Part shown: piece by piece, positions 37,301-51,600 of the stretch
How the letters are laid out: every line of letters starts with the position of its first letter
How positions within the stretch are numbered: position 1 is the first letter of the stretch
Source: Podospora anserina
Lineage: Eukaryota
Length of the DNA: 64,000 nucleotides
Reading direction: 5' to 3'
NCBI GenBank assembly: GCA_017654855.1
Contig: CM030333.1
Location: 1,178,001-1,242,000 of the forward strand
Position numbers and translations under genes: made by a program
The notes under the pieces: model-generated
The model's input: only the letters and a program-made list of their open reading frames with translations
Database searches by the model: none
Told to the model about the DNA's origin: nothing

Positions 37301-40300
37301 CCCCCGCGCAGGAAAAGAGACAAAACGCCTCAAATGTCTCTGTCCCTCCTGTCGACTGTCTTGTCAGTCGCCTGTCGTTGTCAGATACTGAGACTTTGCT
37401 CGGCAGGAGAGGGGAAATTATGCGGGTAGCCATATCCCTCATCCAAATGCCACCCTCTCCATCTCCATCCTGGCTATCTTCTTTTTGACCGCTCCAAGAT
37501 GACGTTTGCTTCGCGGTTACCTGCTTGCTTCAGAACGCGAAAGCGAGAACCTCGCCGCCCTGTCAAGGGGTCAACCCCGCGACGGCTGGGTGCATTCTTT
37601 CATGACTGCTCGAGGCTATCAAGGTATATCTAAGAACGATGTCAGAGGCGCCATGTCTTGACCGTCGTATGTCTCATCGGCGGCTGTTGTTGAGTCACGT
37701 ATCACGCTCAGGGAATCTCGGCTAGGTGCTTGCATCTTCGAGGCCATCAAGGCCAGGCTCAAGGTCACAAGCAAATCATTCTGCTTCGATAAGGTAGCCT
37801 CATGTGTCGCTGTCTCGTCTTGCTTGGCTGCCAGCACTATCGGTCCATGATGAGCTCAAGGTTCAAGGGTCCACTGGCCAGTTGCTTGCATGATTCTTCT
37901 CAAGTCCGTCATTCTGTGCTGGCTGATTTTGGTTCTAGCCGCATCCGAGTGTCTTGCTTGTCACTTTCTCATGACAAGGTCAGGGTTCATCGAAAATACT
38001 CGACAAATACAGACTCCAGACCACACCAAACATTGTTTGAATCATGATTCCCAGCTACCGACTAGGCCGGATCATGTCTCTCATGTCGTTGGCATGATCA
38101 AGGTTCAGGGTTCTAGACTCAGGGGTACTTGGCCTTTCTCTCTCAAGGTACCGAAACTACTCTCAACAATTGTCGGGACCGGTATACAGACAGCACACAT
38201 TCGAGGGCATCACAACGACATGTCTCACCTCCTGCCTCGCTGCCCAAACCTGCAACCTGTTGCTACCCTTTACCGACCGAGAGCGACCCGTACCGGCACC
38301 ATCCGTCCCGTGCCCGTTCTTTCATTATCTCTGGCGTTCTTCACCGCTGGTCTCACACCTAGTGTAGCAGTGAAGCTGCCCTTGCCCAGCCCGTGATGAT
38401 CTTGGAATCGGGATAGAAAGTACCAGGCAGTTTAAGCAGGTATTCAGAACCCGGTCGCCTCACCGGTACTTCTCACCTCGTCCCTTCGTTCCCGTCTTCA
38501 CCGGTGGTCTCCCTTAAACCAAACTTTCCAACGAAACAGGTCTGCAAGTAAGAGTTTTCTGCATCAGACACGCAATTGTCTCTGTTCAGCCTAGCCCAGA
38601 CCAGTCTACTCGGCATCGGCAATGTTGACTGAAAGTGATCCGAGACCTCGTGTAACCCGGGCACAAATGAGTGCTACCGACGACACATGCCACTCCCTAA
38701 TTCCCGACAGCCTACCGACCAACACCGAGGCCTCCTCATGATATCTCCGAGCCTTTGGTTTTGTAATCAGCTAGAATTTGTAACACACAGGTTTGCTATC
38801 ATCAGTCAGCCATCTGACGACACTCAAACAAAGACCGGGAACATCTCAACACCTCGAGCATTGCATCTATGACGAAATCCGGTGATATTCCCGAGCAAAA
38901 TTACTCCCGGCCTCGGACAACGTTTGGTCCAGACTGTCGGGACGATCTGTCCAACAAAGCAAAGCCAGATGGCAGCAAAGAAAAGCCGGAGTAAGCCCCG
39001 AGTTTGACCTCCGACCTCGGTGGCTACCGCTCTAATCATTTCTCGACGAATCACAATCAGGGGCTAGAAAAAGGAAGGAAAAAAAATGAGAAATGCAAGA
39101 TGCAGCACCCGGGGCAGGTACCTCGCTGTCGGGAAAGACAATATTGGCAAGACGATAAGACTGGCCGGGCTGGCAGGGGATGAAAGGCACAGAAAGAAAG
39201 AAGGCAACCATTACCTACATTGCTTCCGAAATACAGCCAATCACACAGCCCTCACACAGGGAGCCACGAAAACCATCGTACTTGCAGCGATATTTTCTTT
39301 GCTGGTTCCAGCACAGGCAAGTAAAAGTGCAAAAGTGATGCTGTGTATCCCTCATCGTCGTTCCCTCCCTCATACCTACCCGCCCGCTCCATCCATCCCA
39401 TCCCAAACCTTCCTGATCAGATCAACCAAAATCTCAAAATATCACTCCTGCTTACTCTCCCGGAGAAGCAGACCAGGCTGCCATCGGGTACGGTCACCAC
39501 CCCCTTCCCCTTTCCTTCTAGTCTCCCCGAGTAGACTCATGCGGGACCATGCGGCCTACCTGTCGTGTCACCCGGCCACATATGTACAGTTCAAGAAAGG
39601 ACCGTAGCATATGTGTAGGTAGAAGCACGATCCTACATCCAGCCCCCAGTCGCCCAATGATTCATGACATGGGAGGAAACTGCACGAATGCACTTGGCTC
39701 TCATCTGCCGTGATACACGACGCCTTATTTCACTTTGTCTGAGGGAAGATCAAAGCAGCAGTCAGTCACTGTTTTTTTTCTTTTTTTGCCGTGACGCTGG
39801 AAACATGGTGTCGGGTCCAACCTTGGAAAACAGAACCTTGGATTGGAACAGTCGCTTGCGCAAAGTTGATCATACCAAGGACTAACCAAAGCAAGAAAAT
39901 ATGCAACTGTAACCTCCGTCCCATTTCCGGCACTCAAACACAGGTTCTTTGCCTTATGGCCGTCCACCGCTCGCTCGGGCCGGAGCTGCCCGGGGTATCC
40001 GGTCTTATCGTTTGCAATTCCCGCCCTGGTTCTTTCTCTTCCCGAACAAGCGCTGAACGCATGAAATACGATAACAAAAAGCACATCACTTACGGCGATA
40101 GCGTAGCATTTCCAGTCTCAATCTTACTGACGTGTCATGCAAGCCTGTCCCAATTCGAATGATGTGGAGCAGCGGTGAAGATACCGTGCAGCTTCAAGCT
40201 GCTTCCTACAGGAGCAAGACCGACCTCCGACCCCCGACGACGTGCCAACCAACCAGCGGAATATCCTCCGTGGACTTGGAATCCATCCGAAAAGAAGAAA

Positions 40301-41838
40301 CACGGCGGCAGTTGACGAAGCCTGCCAGGCGGTGCAGTCGTCCGCAGTCCGCAGTCCGCGCACGATGATGAGGCATCCATCAGCCCCAACCAGCCATCAT
40401 CTTCGGAAGCAACCGAGATCATCTCAAGACTTCAATCTCGGGCTCTGTCACGGAGAACAAGAGTGACACGATATGCCGAGGCCTCTTACAACAACCTCAA
40501 CCGCCTCACTGCTGGCTGGCGTAACCACCTCACCACCACCCACTCCACGTGCCAAAGCCAAATCTGATATCTTTGGCCATCTCTAGTATTCTTCCTTCAG
40601 GGGGGTGTTGTACCCGTACTACAGGATACCAACCAACCAACCAACCAACCAACCTAACCCACAGCCAGCCTTCCTGATACAGCTGCACTCCCCCACATTC
40701 ACCATTATATCCATCAACGCCTACCACCATGCGTGACACTGACTGACACACTTGCTGCCCGCTGATAAGGAAGCTACGGCAACAAAGCTACAACTGTCAC
40801 TCGCTACTATACCTACTGCAGAGTTCTTCTTTGACAATAATAAATGCAACGGCGATACAAAACAATGACATTGATACCTCATATTGCCGCTTGTCACACA
40901 TGATGTTGCTCCTTTACGCAAAGAAACACGGCTGACCAACCTGTCCCCTACTCATCTCAGCCTCACCCGTTTCAAGCATCTATTCTCACCCAACAAGACA
41001 AGTTGTAGGGCTGGATAAGCTCACATGACCCTTCCTCACGTTAGCTCACGTTAGTTCTCACGGGGACATCTAAAAACAACGGCATTGCTCCGGTGCATAA
41101 CTCCGATAGCAGATATGACAGAGACAGCAACACCTGCTTTGGCAAGCTCGGTTTTGTCAGACCGCCTGATGGTTCTGAACTGAAAAGATAGCCTTCTGCA
41201 TGGGCTTGCTTTGCATCTGATATGTCGGGTTACACAAAGCCCAAAATACCACCTTGAGAGAAGCACAAAGAAAAGTCAGAAAGGGAAGGGCCGCGAGAGG
41301 CGAGAGATCTATTGGGTAAGGTAATGAACAGGAGGTGTGACGATGAACACACTGCAAAGGGCAAGAGATGGAAAGAAGGGGGGGAGAATGTGAGTTGCAT
41401 GCTGGTGTCAAATGTCAACATCTCTTCAACAACATAAGGTACACCACACTACAACCTGCGGCCTGACTCATCACCAGGAGTTTGTATATCCCTCTCACCC
41501 ATGACACTCTTTCATTAGATGCGGCAGCAAATAACAACACCAGGTATCTCATTGCCTAAGTCAGCCATAACCTCAAAATATGCACTCACGATGCACCCAA
41601 GACCGCTCATCTCACAAAGCCCTCATCACCTTCGACACCAAGAGACATGAGGAGACCGGCGAACAACCACGAAGTTTTTACAAAGTTCTCAGACCCCTTC
41701 TCACCTCTGCATCAAGCCCCCTCCTGTAAAGCCCCAATCCAGCCATCCGATTGCTGCGATCGACCCAATAAGGCTGATTTATACTAACATCTTGTGCCGA
41801 TGCCGAGGGGGATATCTCCCCGTTATTATTCACGAGGG

Positions 41839-41929
<91 letters not shown>

Positions 41930-41930
41930 C
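41839..41930. repeat. (CAA)n microsatellite, about 30 units
   Basis: Perfect trinucleotide run that decays into ACGGCAACGACAACG. Confidence 0.97.
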
Positions 41931-44900
41931 GGCAACGACAACGGACATCCGACTGCAACTAACTGACCACCCACTACACCAACAAAGTAACTACAAGTAA
42001 AGGGCTCTCTCATAAGATGTATCAAACCATAACCCCCGTCCAGTAACAACCGCAGAGAGGAAAGCACGCCACATCTCCGCAGATTTGGTCTTTTTGGAGA
42101 AAGGTTGAGAAAGGAAATTGTGCAATTTGACAGCTCACATTCCGCAAAACCCCGTGCCGCGCCGAACAACACGCAGAGAGAAAGCCGAGCAAAGCATGTT
42201 ACCTACTGCCGTGTGTGTGTGACCTCCTCCCCCTTTTTTAATCTTTTTTTTCTCTTTCTTTTTCCGAAGACAGAACGGAAGTAACGTTTTGTGTGAGTTT
42301 CTAAATATATGTCCCAAAGACATCCTGGTAGCTATGCACTCCTGGACAGGACAAGACTACCTATACTGCAGCCTGGCTTTTGTCTGATGCTTTCAAGGTT
42401 CCATACAACAGACGGCATACCCCGACTGAGTAGTGCACTTAATGTGAGGCGCTGCTTTGCCGAGTGCGAAGACCATGCAACAACACAGCAAAGCACGAGA
42501 GAGAGGCGGTGCCACTCCGGGATCGAAGATCTCAACCACATCTCGACCAAAAAAAACCCAAGCATCAATAATACCTACTGGCAACATACTTTTCGGGCCG
42601 TCTTCCCTATGGCGGTCACTGGCGGTGAATCGAAACCCCTAGCACCCTCACTTACTCCCCCTCCTTCCCCCTGATAATAATGAGCCGACTTTTCCGTTCC
42701 CCCACAATTGAAGCCAAGTAGCCGTGTTATTCACCAGCTCCTCCCCTACCCATCCCAACGTACGTCGTATAACCCCCCATCAGTTGCCTCACCTCTGAAT
42801 GCGAGATGTCAGTATCATAAATATTTGTCACTTTCTTGTTGTTTTGTCGCATAAGCCACCATCACTGCCCTGCAGGCCTTGTCCGTTAAAGATGGTCATA
42901 TGCATTGTCTCAACAGACCTCTCATTGTCTTTTCAGTACCGGTGTTTCTCTTCAGCTGCTCAACTTTTGTCACGTATCACTTTTCTTCGGTCTCCCCCAA
43001 AGCAGATACCAAAACATCAAACGGCAACTTCCACCCAGAGCCTTGTCCAGTAGGTAGTCACTTACTGTTGGTACCTGTGTACTATCAAACAACTGACCCT
43101 CGACGACGACTCGGCCGAAGCTGCAGTCTGTTAAAAGCGTGACACGTTACACCCACTCATTCTTCCCCGTACCCCCAAATCTCGTAGTCATCAACCCCTA
43201 CACATGACCTTCCCACACACGCAAGCCAAAAATCCCAGCCAGGCTCGGAGGAATCCAACTTGTCGTCTTATCCTTCCTGTACAGCAGGCCCTTAGTGGGT
43301 GACCCTACCTACCGCGTTTAGCCTCCTCCAAAAAGTAGGGCGAACAAAGATGGATGGATGGTTGGGCAAGTGTCAGATAGATCAACCAAAATCTCAGATC
43401 TCAACCCCATCTCCCCCTCAAGTGGTTGGTGCAAATGTGTGTGGGCGCACAACTCACTCCCCTTCTCCTTCGCCCCCCGGTTCCTTCACTGTCTCAACAA
43501 CCTCACGAACACAACCACCTTTCCTCAACGAACAGGTATGGTATTACAAACTCCCTTCGTTCCTGATTTTCTTTTTTTGCCAAACAACAAGAACAAAAAC
43601 CCCTTGCCAGTCAAACCCGCTGCTGCCAGGCGCAATCCCCAGGTCAGTTATCGGTAAACAACCCCCTGCTGTGCATAAAATCCAACTACGTCATACCTTC
43701 CCTCCCCAGGGCATCCCCACTCACACCCCTCCGAGCAGGCGGGTTCCGGGTTCGGGTTCTTTCCCTCACTTCCTTTTTTTTTTTTTTTTTGGGGGTGGGC
43801 CGAATGTGGAACCAACAACCACCACATTAAAAAAAAATTGGAAGGATTCTAGAAAACCCTTGGAAGAAAAGGCTGGAAAGGTAAAATAAATAAAATAATA
43901 AAAATAATAAAAAAATGATAAAAAATAAAAACCAACTAACCAACCCTGCTTCAACCCTGCCTGCCCTTGACCTTCCCTTGGCGGGGTAAAACCAAACCAA
44001 AAACCGTGAGGGGAAAGGTGTTTCGCGGGGTTGTTTATATGTGTTAGGTAATAATCCAACATTCAATATCAAGCTACACTGGCGGAAGACATGACAGGAG
44101 AAAAGATTCTTGTTTCTCCTCGGCGGCGGCGGTGGTGGTGGTGGTGGTAAGGGTAGTTAGTTGTGTCTGGTGGTTGGGACAAGCCGCCCGCTGCGGCTTG
44201 AAAGACCTCACCATTATGACAGAAATATATGCAAACAAACGCCCTGTAGCAATGGTGGTCATGATCAAAAAGAAAATCCTCGGCAATGTAGTCTGGTCTG
44301 GTGCAATGTATACCACATGTCCCCGTCTTCAAGTCCAGTACCTCAACCCTGCCTGCGTACACTTACCATCGTGGTATCTTCATGATCTCTTGTCATGGCA
44401 GTCAAAGCATCTCCGCACTGAATTCTTCATTTGGGTCTCTGCATCTTTCACTGTCACTCTCGAGAAAAGGTCAGGTAGTTTTATCACCCTCCCCCCGCCC
44501 CCCCGGCAAACCACGCTCACAAACCCCAGAACATCTCACACATCCTGACTGCTGCTGCAGAAATAATATGCAGCAGCAGCAGGGCCAAAGCGCCACCACC
44601 ACCACCACCGTTGGGGGGTTGGGGGAGCAAAAGAGAGAAATTGATGGCATCATGGCCCATCGTCCCCAAAATCTGCAACCCTGCCATCCGAATCATCTCC
44701 TGCAAACAAGGGTGTTGGATTAATACCGCTCTCCCTCTTTCCCCCGTTGATGGATGTATATCAAGCTTAGTGGTCTTCCTTCCTCATCAGCAAAAAAAGA
44801 ACCCTTTCTGGTGGTGGTGGTGACCCCCAACATTTCTCCTGCTACTACAACACCATCAATTTCCCGGAGACCACCTTATGATAAGAAACAAAAAGTTCTC

Positions 44901-45596
44901 AGTCTTTCTGGTCAAGTTAGGTAGGTAGGTGGGTCAAAAGAACCGTAAAGAAAGACTGCCGTGGATTTGGAGAAGACTGAATTCCCCCCTCTTCTCCTTC
45001 ACCCCCCTCTCCCGCTCCTCAACCCTTGCCGGCCATGCGTACATATACGAACTGATGCACCCCAGGTGGTGCAGTCCATGCAAATATATACCCATTAGGA
45101 CAATACATACATACCAAACAAACAAACCCCCCGTCTGTTTCCAAGAACGCCACAAAAAAAAGTTTCCTCTCAAAAATAACCTCCGTTGCCTGCCCCCAGA
45201 AGCGATGAGGGGAGACCACCACACGAACTGCTGACCTGTCTCTTCTTGCCGGATTGAGCGATTTGCAGAAGCCGTGAATGCAACAAGCAGGTTGACGAAA
45301 CTGGCTGGGCCCCACCAATTCCCGCCCGCTGCTGCGCTGTCACTTTGATATGATGAGGAGTGCCATGTCGATAAAAAGGCAAGTCGACGGACGGGTTTCT
45401 TGCATGGTGCAGCAGCAAAGCAAGCAAGCAACGCTTTCGTGCCCACTTCCCCCCCCCACCCGCCCCCAAACGCACATCTCCAGATCGCAAACCAAAGGCT
45501 GGATCTCGGTTGCTTGCTCGCCCTCACATGTCTTTCCCCTATCTCTTAGAAATCACCAACCTCATGTTGCCTTATCCCGCCGGGTTGAGATTGGCC

Positions 45597-45608
45597 AGAG
45601 AGAGAGAG

Positions 45609-45657
<49 letters not shown>
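45597..45657. repeat. (AG)n microsatellite, about 30 units with one interruption
   Basis: Seen directly. Confidence 0.95.
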
Positions 45658-45661
<4 letters not shown>

Positions 45662-48600
45662 ATAAAAAGGAAGAGAACGTGTACAGAACAGGTGTTTGCT
45701 ACCATGCAGCATGCAGCGCGGGATGGCTTGAAGAACTGCTCCATATTGAAAGCGGGCAGAGAGCAGGAGTTGACGAATGTCGTTGAAGAAAAAGCATGCT
45801 TCGAAACGCCCCACAGTTTTTGTTTCGCTGCAGATGTTCTGTGCAAGCGAACACCACCCCCTGTGGCTGATCGGAACCTTTTTTTAATCCCCCACCACCA
45901 CCCCTCCAAGAAAACGACTCCAGACCTCCAGACCTCCAGACGACAATAACATCCCGCGCAATCATCAGGCCATGAGCTACGGCCGGCACGACCTCCGCGG
46001 TAGTAGAAAACAGTATCTTCGCAAGTGCCGCGGGGAAGATCGTCGGGGCAGCCGGCTTCAGATCCTCAGTGGGTGGCACGCAATCGGAATTCTTGATGAA
46101 GTTGCTTTGCATATTCGCGTGTGTGTGTGCGTGTGTGTGTGAGCTGGCGTCCATCCCCATCACGGAATCCATTGCTGGTTCCGCGTACCTCTTCTCATTG
46201 CTTCTTTTCGTTGGAACAGTACCCTCTCCTTGGACCTGAGAAACGTCACGGCGGTCCATCAGTGCAGCTTGCAGCGGGACCTCCCGCTCTCAACTCGGCC
46301 TATCAGCCCCCTTGTAGCCAAAGAAAGGTATGATAAGGGGCTGTGCCAAACCGAATAGTATTCGGTCATGTCCATTCGAAAGACGACAAACACTTCCGGC
46401 CTTGTTGGTCCGTCTGCCCCGGGCCTTCATTGGCACAGGTCCTGCAGGACAGTGAGCCCAACACAAAAAAAAAAAAGAAGAGAAATATTGGGTGCTGCGT
46501 ACTGCGTATGGAAGGGATACGGCAGCACCGATAGCTCAGGGGAAACCAACTGTTGACGATGAAAAAAAAATCTCTAGTGGTAGCAAACTACACGTAGCTG
46601 AGAAGGGTTTTGCAACCCGCATCGAGTCACATAGTCGGTGAGCGTTTCAATAAGTCGGCATTTCCGCTCTTGCGTGCGTGATGAGAGAAACCATGGCCGG
46701 TTCGTCACATTGGGCATCACGCTGCTGGCGGGTAGAGGGGGGATAGAGAGGGAGGGCCAATGCCGTGAGAGCGAGGCCGGAGTGGAAAGCCGTATAGGGG
46801 CTGTTGTGACCCCTTTCCTATTGAGCCCACGAGGCACTGGTATTTGCGCCGACGAACCAAACCACCTCACATCGGCGGGTTGTGCTCATGACTTGCCATT
46901 GGCTCTGCAGTATCCGACTGCTGCGCACAGCGTGTGTCAAGGCAAGACAGGGCAGATCAGGTCAGGTCAGGTCGAGACAGAGAGGCATGACGTGGTTTGC
47001 TGTATCAAAGTCCGTGATAGGCTTGCGAGGGAGGCAGGTCCCCTGGTTCCGAAGAGGGCGAGTAGACATAGGTAACAGAGGTTGCATCGAGTGAGGAACA
47101 CCGTGGGCATTTGCCGACATTCCAATGATTCAGCGGCGAGCTGCCACTTGACTGTGAGGGACGACGGCGCTGATGAGATTATCGAGAGAGATAATCTGCG
47201 GCTTGCCAGGTTTGAAACCGCTCGGGAGTTGGACGTTTTGGGTAACGGCGGCTAACACGCCATCGTCGCCGATCCGTTGTGGGGCCATCCCGACGCCGGC
47301 CACTAACGGTGCAAAGTCCCGGTTCATCAGGATGCGGGGCACTCGGGCGTGTCGGGGTTTCCAGGCTGGCGGTGAAGCAGCCGTGACGGTGCGGGTGATC
47401 ACTGGGTGTCACCAATGCCAGCCCAGGATGAGCATGTGTTTGTCCAGCGCTGATCTGCACATCAAGCCATCAATTCCTTCCTGCGCTACCGTTTCAACTT
47501 TTTGACAGTCCGGGGGAGGTACGGAGCAAGGAAAGGCGGCAGATTATCAGATCATTTCATCTTGTTTGGCTGCCTCCGGAAGAAAATGACCAGTCGAATA
47601 GGATGGCGAGTCAGGGCATAGTATTGGCATATTCCCAGACAATGTGCGTGTCGCCGGACATTGCAAAAAAATAGTATATGTGCGTTTTCATCAGAAGTCG
47701 ATGTTGCACCCAATTGTCAGTACCTACGCCGCCAGCCATCACGCCATCATAGTCCATCTTGATATCGCGGGTTCTCCCACTAGCGCCATCGACCGGCCTA
47801 CACTACAGACATGTTGGCCGCTGGCGCTGTTGCTGGTGGCCCGCGACGTTTCTTTTCCAGAAGGTGTCGTCTGGCCGCACGACGACGTCGGTAATGCCCC
47901 AAACAGCTGGTCGACTGCGTGGTGCCGGGTGATTCGGCTTGCTAGAAAGAGCTCTGCCGGGAAGGCGGGGGGCGGGCGGGCTGGGCTGGCAAGGTGGTAT
48001 CACAAAGAGGGCAGAGGAAACGATGTCATTGGGATGGGTTAGATCTGGTCCCTGACCAGCGGCAGGGACTTTATCGCTTGAAGCGAGAAGGAAAATGGCG
48101 CCCAAGGCTAAGATTTTTGGCCCCGTGACACGATTCGGGCGACCCGCTATTATGCCGAGCACGAATTGAGGGCATTCAACTGGTTCAGCGCAATCCAGGT
48201 ACCCAATCAAGCTGCGGGGACAGCACGGCGGGAATGGATCTTGGACTGGTTCTTTTCTTTGACGGACGAGAGCGTGGCCGTCCGAGAGATGATCAAAACG
48301 TTGATCGTCAGCCTGGGCATGTTTGAGATGGCTGTTAGGTGTCGTTGCTGCCATATCCCGAAATAATGCCATGTTGTGTGTTTGCTGCCAATTCGTCTGC
48401 CGCCGCCAGTGGGTTGGGGGTCTCTATCCGCGCTGGGAAAGCGATTTACTAGAACAAAGGCGCCTGTCAGCACCCATGCATTCGTATTGCTATTATCGGC
48501 GCGACTCTGTCGCGGGCATGCTTGGCATCAGAGCAGCAATGGAGTTCTTGGGCACCTCCTCTCCGGGGAGGTCGGTGAGGTGCTTCGTAAAATGAGATCG

Positions 48601-51600
48601 AAACCGAGGCTCTGCGCCCGCTCGCATGGCCCAGGGCAGTGATCCTGCAGCGACCCCCTAGTGTAGCGCCTCGATATTTTGTGCATATTGTACACCGTAT
48701 GGGTGCATATGCCATCAAGGTGTGCATGTAGGTGAGGTGTAAGATTCAGGGCGAAGGCCGGGCAACGCCCTGGTATGAAGATCACCCACAGCGTGCCTCA
48801 GATCGCAACAGCGAGCAAAATCATACCTGGCTGCAGCTACGCTACGGAGGGGTTAGGAACGGAGTCAGTAGAAGCGCCAAGAAATAGCCTCTTGGGTTGT
48901 AGACGGAGAGGCCTCTCCATGCGGCACAGGCTACAGCGCATTCGCTTTTGAGAAGGGTTGGTTGTTGGAAGTTGGATCGATCGAAGGCTGCCGACTTGCC
49001 GGACTCGGTGCACCATGCTCCCAGCTGAACTAGCGGTGGCTCCCCCAACACTGGATGAGTGAAATCTCGGGCGATTTGCCATGTGCTCGTCAGTGCCGGC
49101 GGTCAACAGTTGTCGGGTCGAGGGTTGCTTCCTGCTCTCAGCATCAGCAACAGGCTCAGAGGTGCTCGAGGGCCTGAGGAGGGATAGGGCATAAGCAGGG
49201 CTTCAGGTGGTACCGGTGAGGGCGATCCCTCTGACCGCATCCCGTTTCCCATCCAAGTGGCCTCGGTCGATGGTTACCTTTGCTGCTCTCGGCGGACGGC
49301 TATCCGGCTCCGGAGAGAGGCAGAGAAGCAGAGAGGCAGAGAGGCTAGGAGGACAACGTGTGCTCTGTGGCTGCAAGTGGCTCGCCGCCGTCGTTGCGGG
49401 ACAGGCTTCAGCCAAAAAGGCCAATGAGGTTGGAATGAGGGGCAGTCCAAGGCTCCAAGCTGGAGCCATGTGGACGATATCGTTGGGTGGGGCTGGGCAC
49501 GACAGGGGCAGCTTCAAGGGCTGCAGCTGTTTGGCAACCACCCAACCGCTCGGATCCGCTTTTCTGTCCCTGTCCGCCGGGAGCATCAGCGTTTTGTACC
49601 TGTACCTGTGCCGGTGCCGTACCTGAATTGATATGTGTGATTCCATACCATAGAGTCGTAGAATCAAGCGTTGAAAACGAGAAACGACCGCTGCGAAAAA
49701 TCAAACGGCAACCTCATCAGATGATCCGGGCGATGAATGACATCTCCATCCCGTCAGGGAGAGGTTGCCGGGCAGCACAAGTGTGAACCCCGCCGTCCGA
49801 TCTGTGTGTTGTTGTTGGATCGTCTGCAGTGTCTTCCCATTTCAGAAGGGCAACGACGGCAACCGGCAACGGCTTCACTTTCATGTCAGACTGCGCCTGC
49901 AACAAAAGGTCAGCATTAATATCATCACCATGGCACGAGGCTCCATTCGTATGTCAATGGATCCAAAACGGGCCATACAACCGGAGGAGCCCCGCCATCT
50001 GATAATTATGGTGATGGCGGCAGAAAGTTTATTTTGTCCTCAGAGTGGCGTATGACTGACGTTTGGTTGGTCGGTCCTGCTTGCACCGGGGCATCCACTC
50101 GAGCAAATCCGAAAGAGGAAGGCTTGATGCGAGGGCACCGTGTCAGTCGCGTTCGGTGGTTTGGTTCGTAGAAAGCTGCGGGGTTGCGGGTTGTGGGTGG
50201 TTTGCGAGCCCCGTTTTCTTTGGGGGTTGATTTTCCAACCTGTTCCATGATCTCATCCCTTCCACATCCGTCCGTTCTCCCAGCGAACGCCAGCGAATCA
50301 CCGAGAAATACGGCCGTGGGGACCTGAAGTTGTGCTGGGGAGAGTCAACGACGACGGTGTTTTCGGAGGTCGGCTGTTTTGTAGGGCTTGAAAACGAGAC
50401 GGTGTACTTTGTACCGGTACTTGTACCAGCTTTTGCTCCGCGAACCCTAGCGCTAAAGCAATGGTGCCCATCAAAATTTGCAGGCCAGTGAGTGACCACA
50501 GTTGCAACCTACCCCCATGCTTCAGAACAACTCTACCTATCTCACTGGATCCAATGTATTATTCTCGGTATCTTTTGCATATTTGTCTTTTCATATTATC
50601 AGCAATCCGGAGTCCTTTTGACTTGCAAAGAGCGTTTGTCTTCGAGCGAGTTCGTTGCTCTGAATAGAGCTACATCTGTTAGGTAATAACAAGACACACT
50701 GTGCTGTTTCCGGCTCGTGGCCCAACAACAACCCAACAAGAGCAAGTAACAAGTATCTTACACTTATTACCGTAGGAATCCGCTGTCATCGCCTCCCGCC
50801 AAGGGCCTGTTCAGACAGCTGGGTTTGTAGCCGTGTTTCCGTAGATTGGGTTCCCTGCTCGAGGTTCATGGTCCAAGGATGCTGTTGCTGGTGCCCGGTC
50901 CTGGTCCCTGGAGCGCTTACCGCGAGGAAGGTACAATGTACTTGCAGCTTGGATGACACAATTTTCACTCCATCAGAAGGGAACAGTCACCGTCTATTTC
51001 CCATTTCCCCATACAAGTTTTTGCAGCTCCTGCTTTTGCTTCTCCTGCTTTGCTCCCTTGCCCTGACCGTGCCATGGCTTCTGCGCCGTCACTCGAACTA
51101 ATAATTTCCGGGCATTGCCTTCTGGAACGCAGCAACAAAAGAGCCAACGCCCACCCACTCCAGCTCACCCACATCCCCCACCCTACCACAGGTCCACGGC
51201 CTTGAAATAAAGTTTTGGCTGCGCGCCCTCGAACTCGACAGACGGACACAAATCAAACTCTCCAAAACCTGAAACCACCTTTAGGTTAACCTCAACTTCC
51301 AGTTTGCTCACCATACGACATCTAACCACGCCGGTACACGAGCACACACCCACTGCCAACTGCCTACCTTATACTGCCTGTCCTGCCGCAGCAGACCTCG
51401 AGCCATTGTTCTGCTGTTACCCGCGTCCTCGACTGATCAGCCATTCCCGACGACCACCTTGGCCTGCTCCTGGGCTGAGAGCTGCAGTACCTCCAGGACA
51501 AAGTGTCGGGCAATTTTTGTGTGGTTTTTTGGTCTCACCTCCTTTTCTCGACGCTGCACGCGCGCCACAAGCGAAACCGCATACCTCACCCAGCAATAGC

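Noticed and set aside
41678-42172. Poly-Leu and poly-Thr ORFs
   Set aside because: Artefacts of the (CAA)n microsatellite.
43292-43304. Short 5S rRNA-like word TAGTGGGTGACC
   Set aside because: The flanking sequence does not resemble 5S rRNA.
45699-46259. 186-aa ATG-initiated minus-strand ORF
   Set aside because: No recognisable homology, weak start context, and it runs through CA-repeat sequence. It cannot be supported without expression data.
47803-50055. Small ORFs with good start context (CAAACATG near 48321 on the minus strand; CACCATG at 49930 followed by GTATGT)
   Set aside because: The peptides are short with no recognisable motif, and no credible downstream exon was found.
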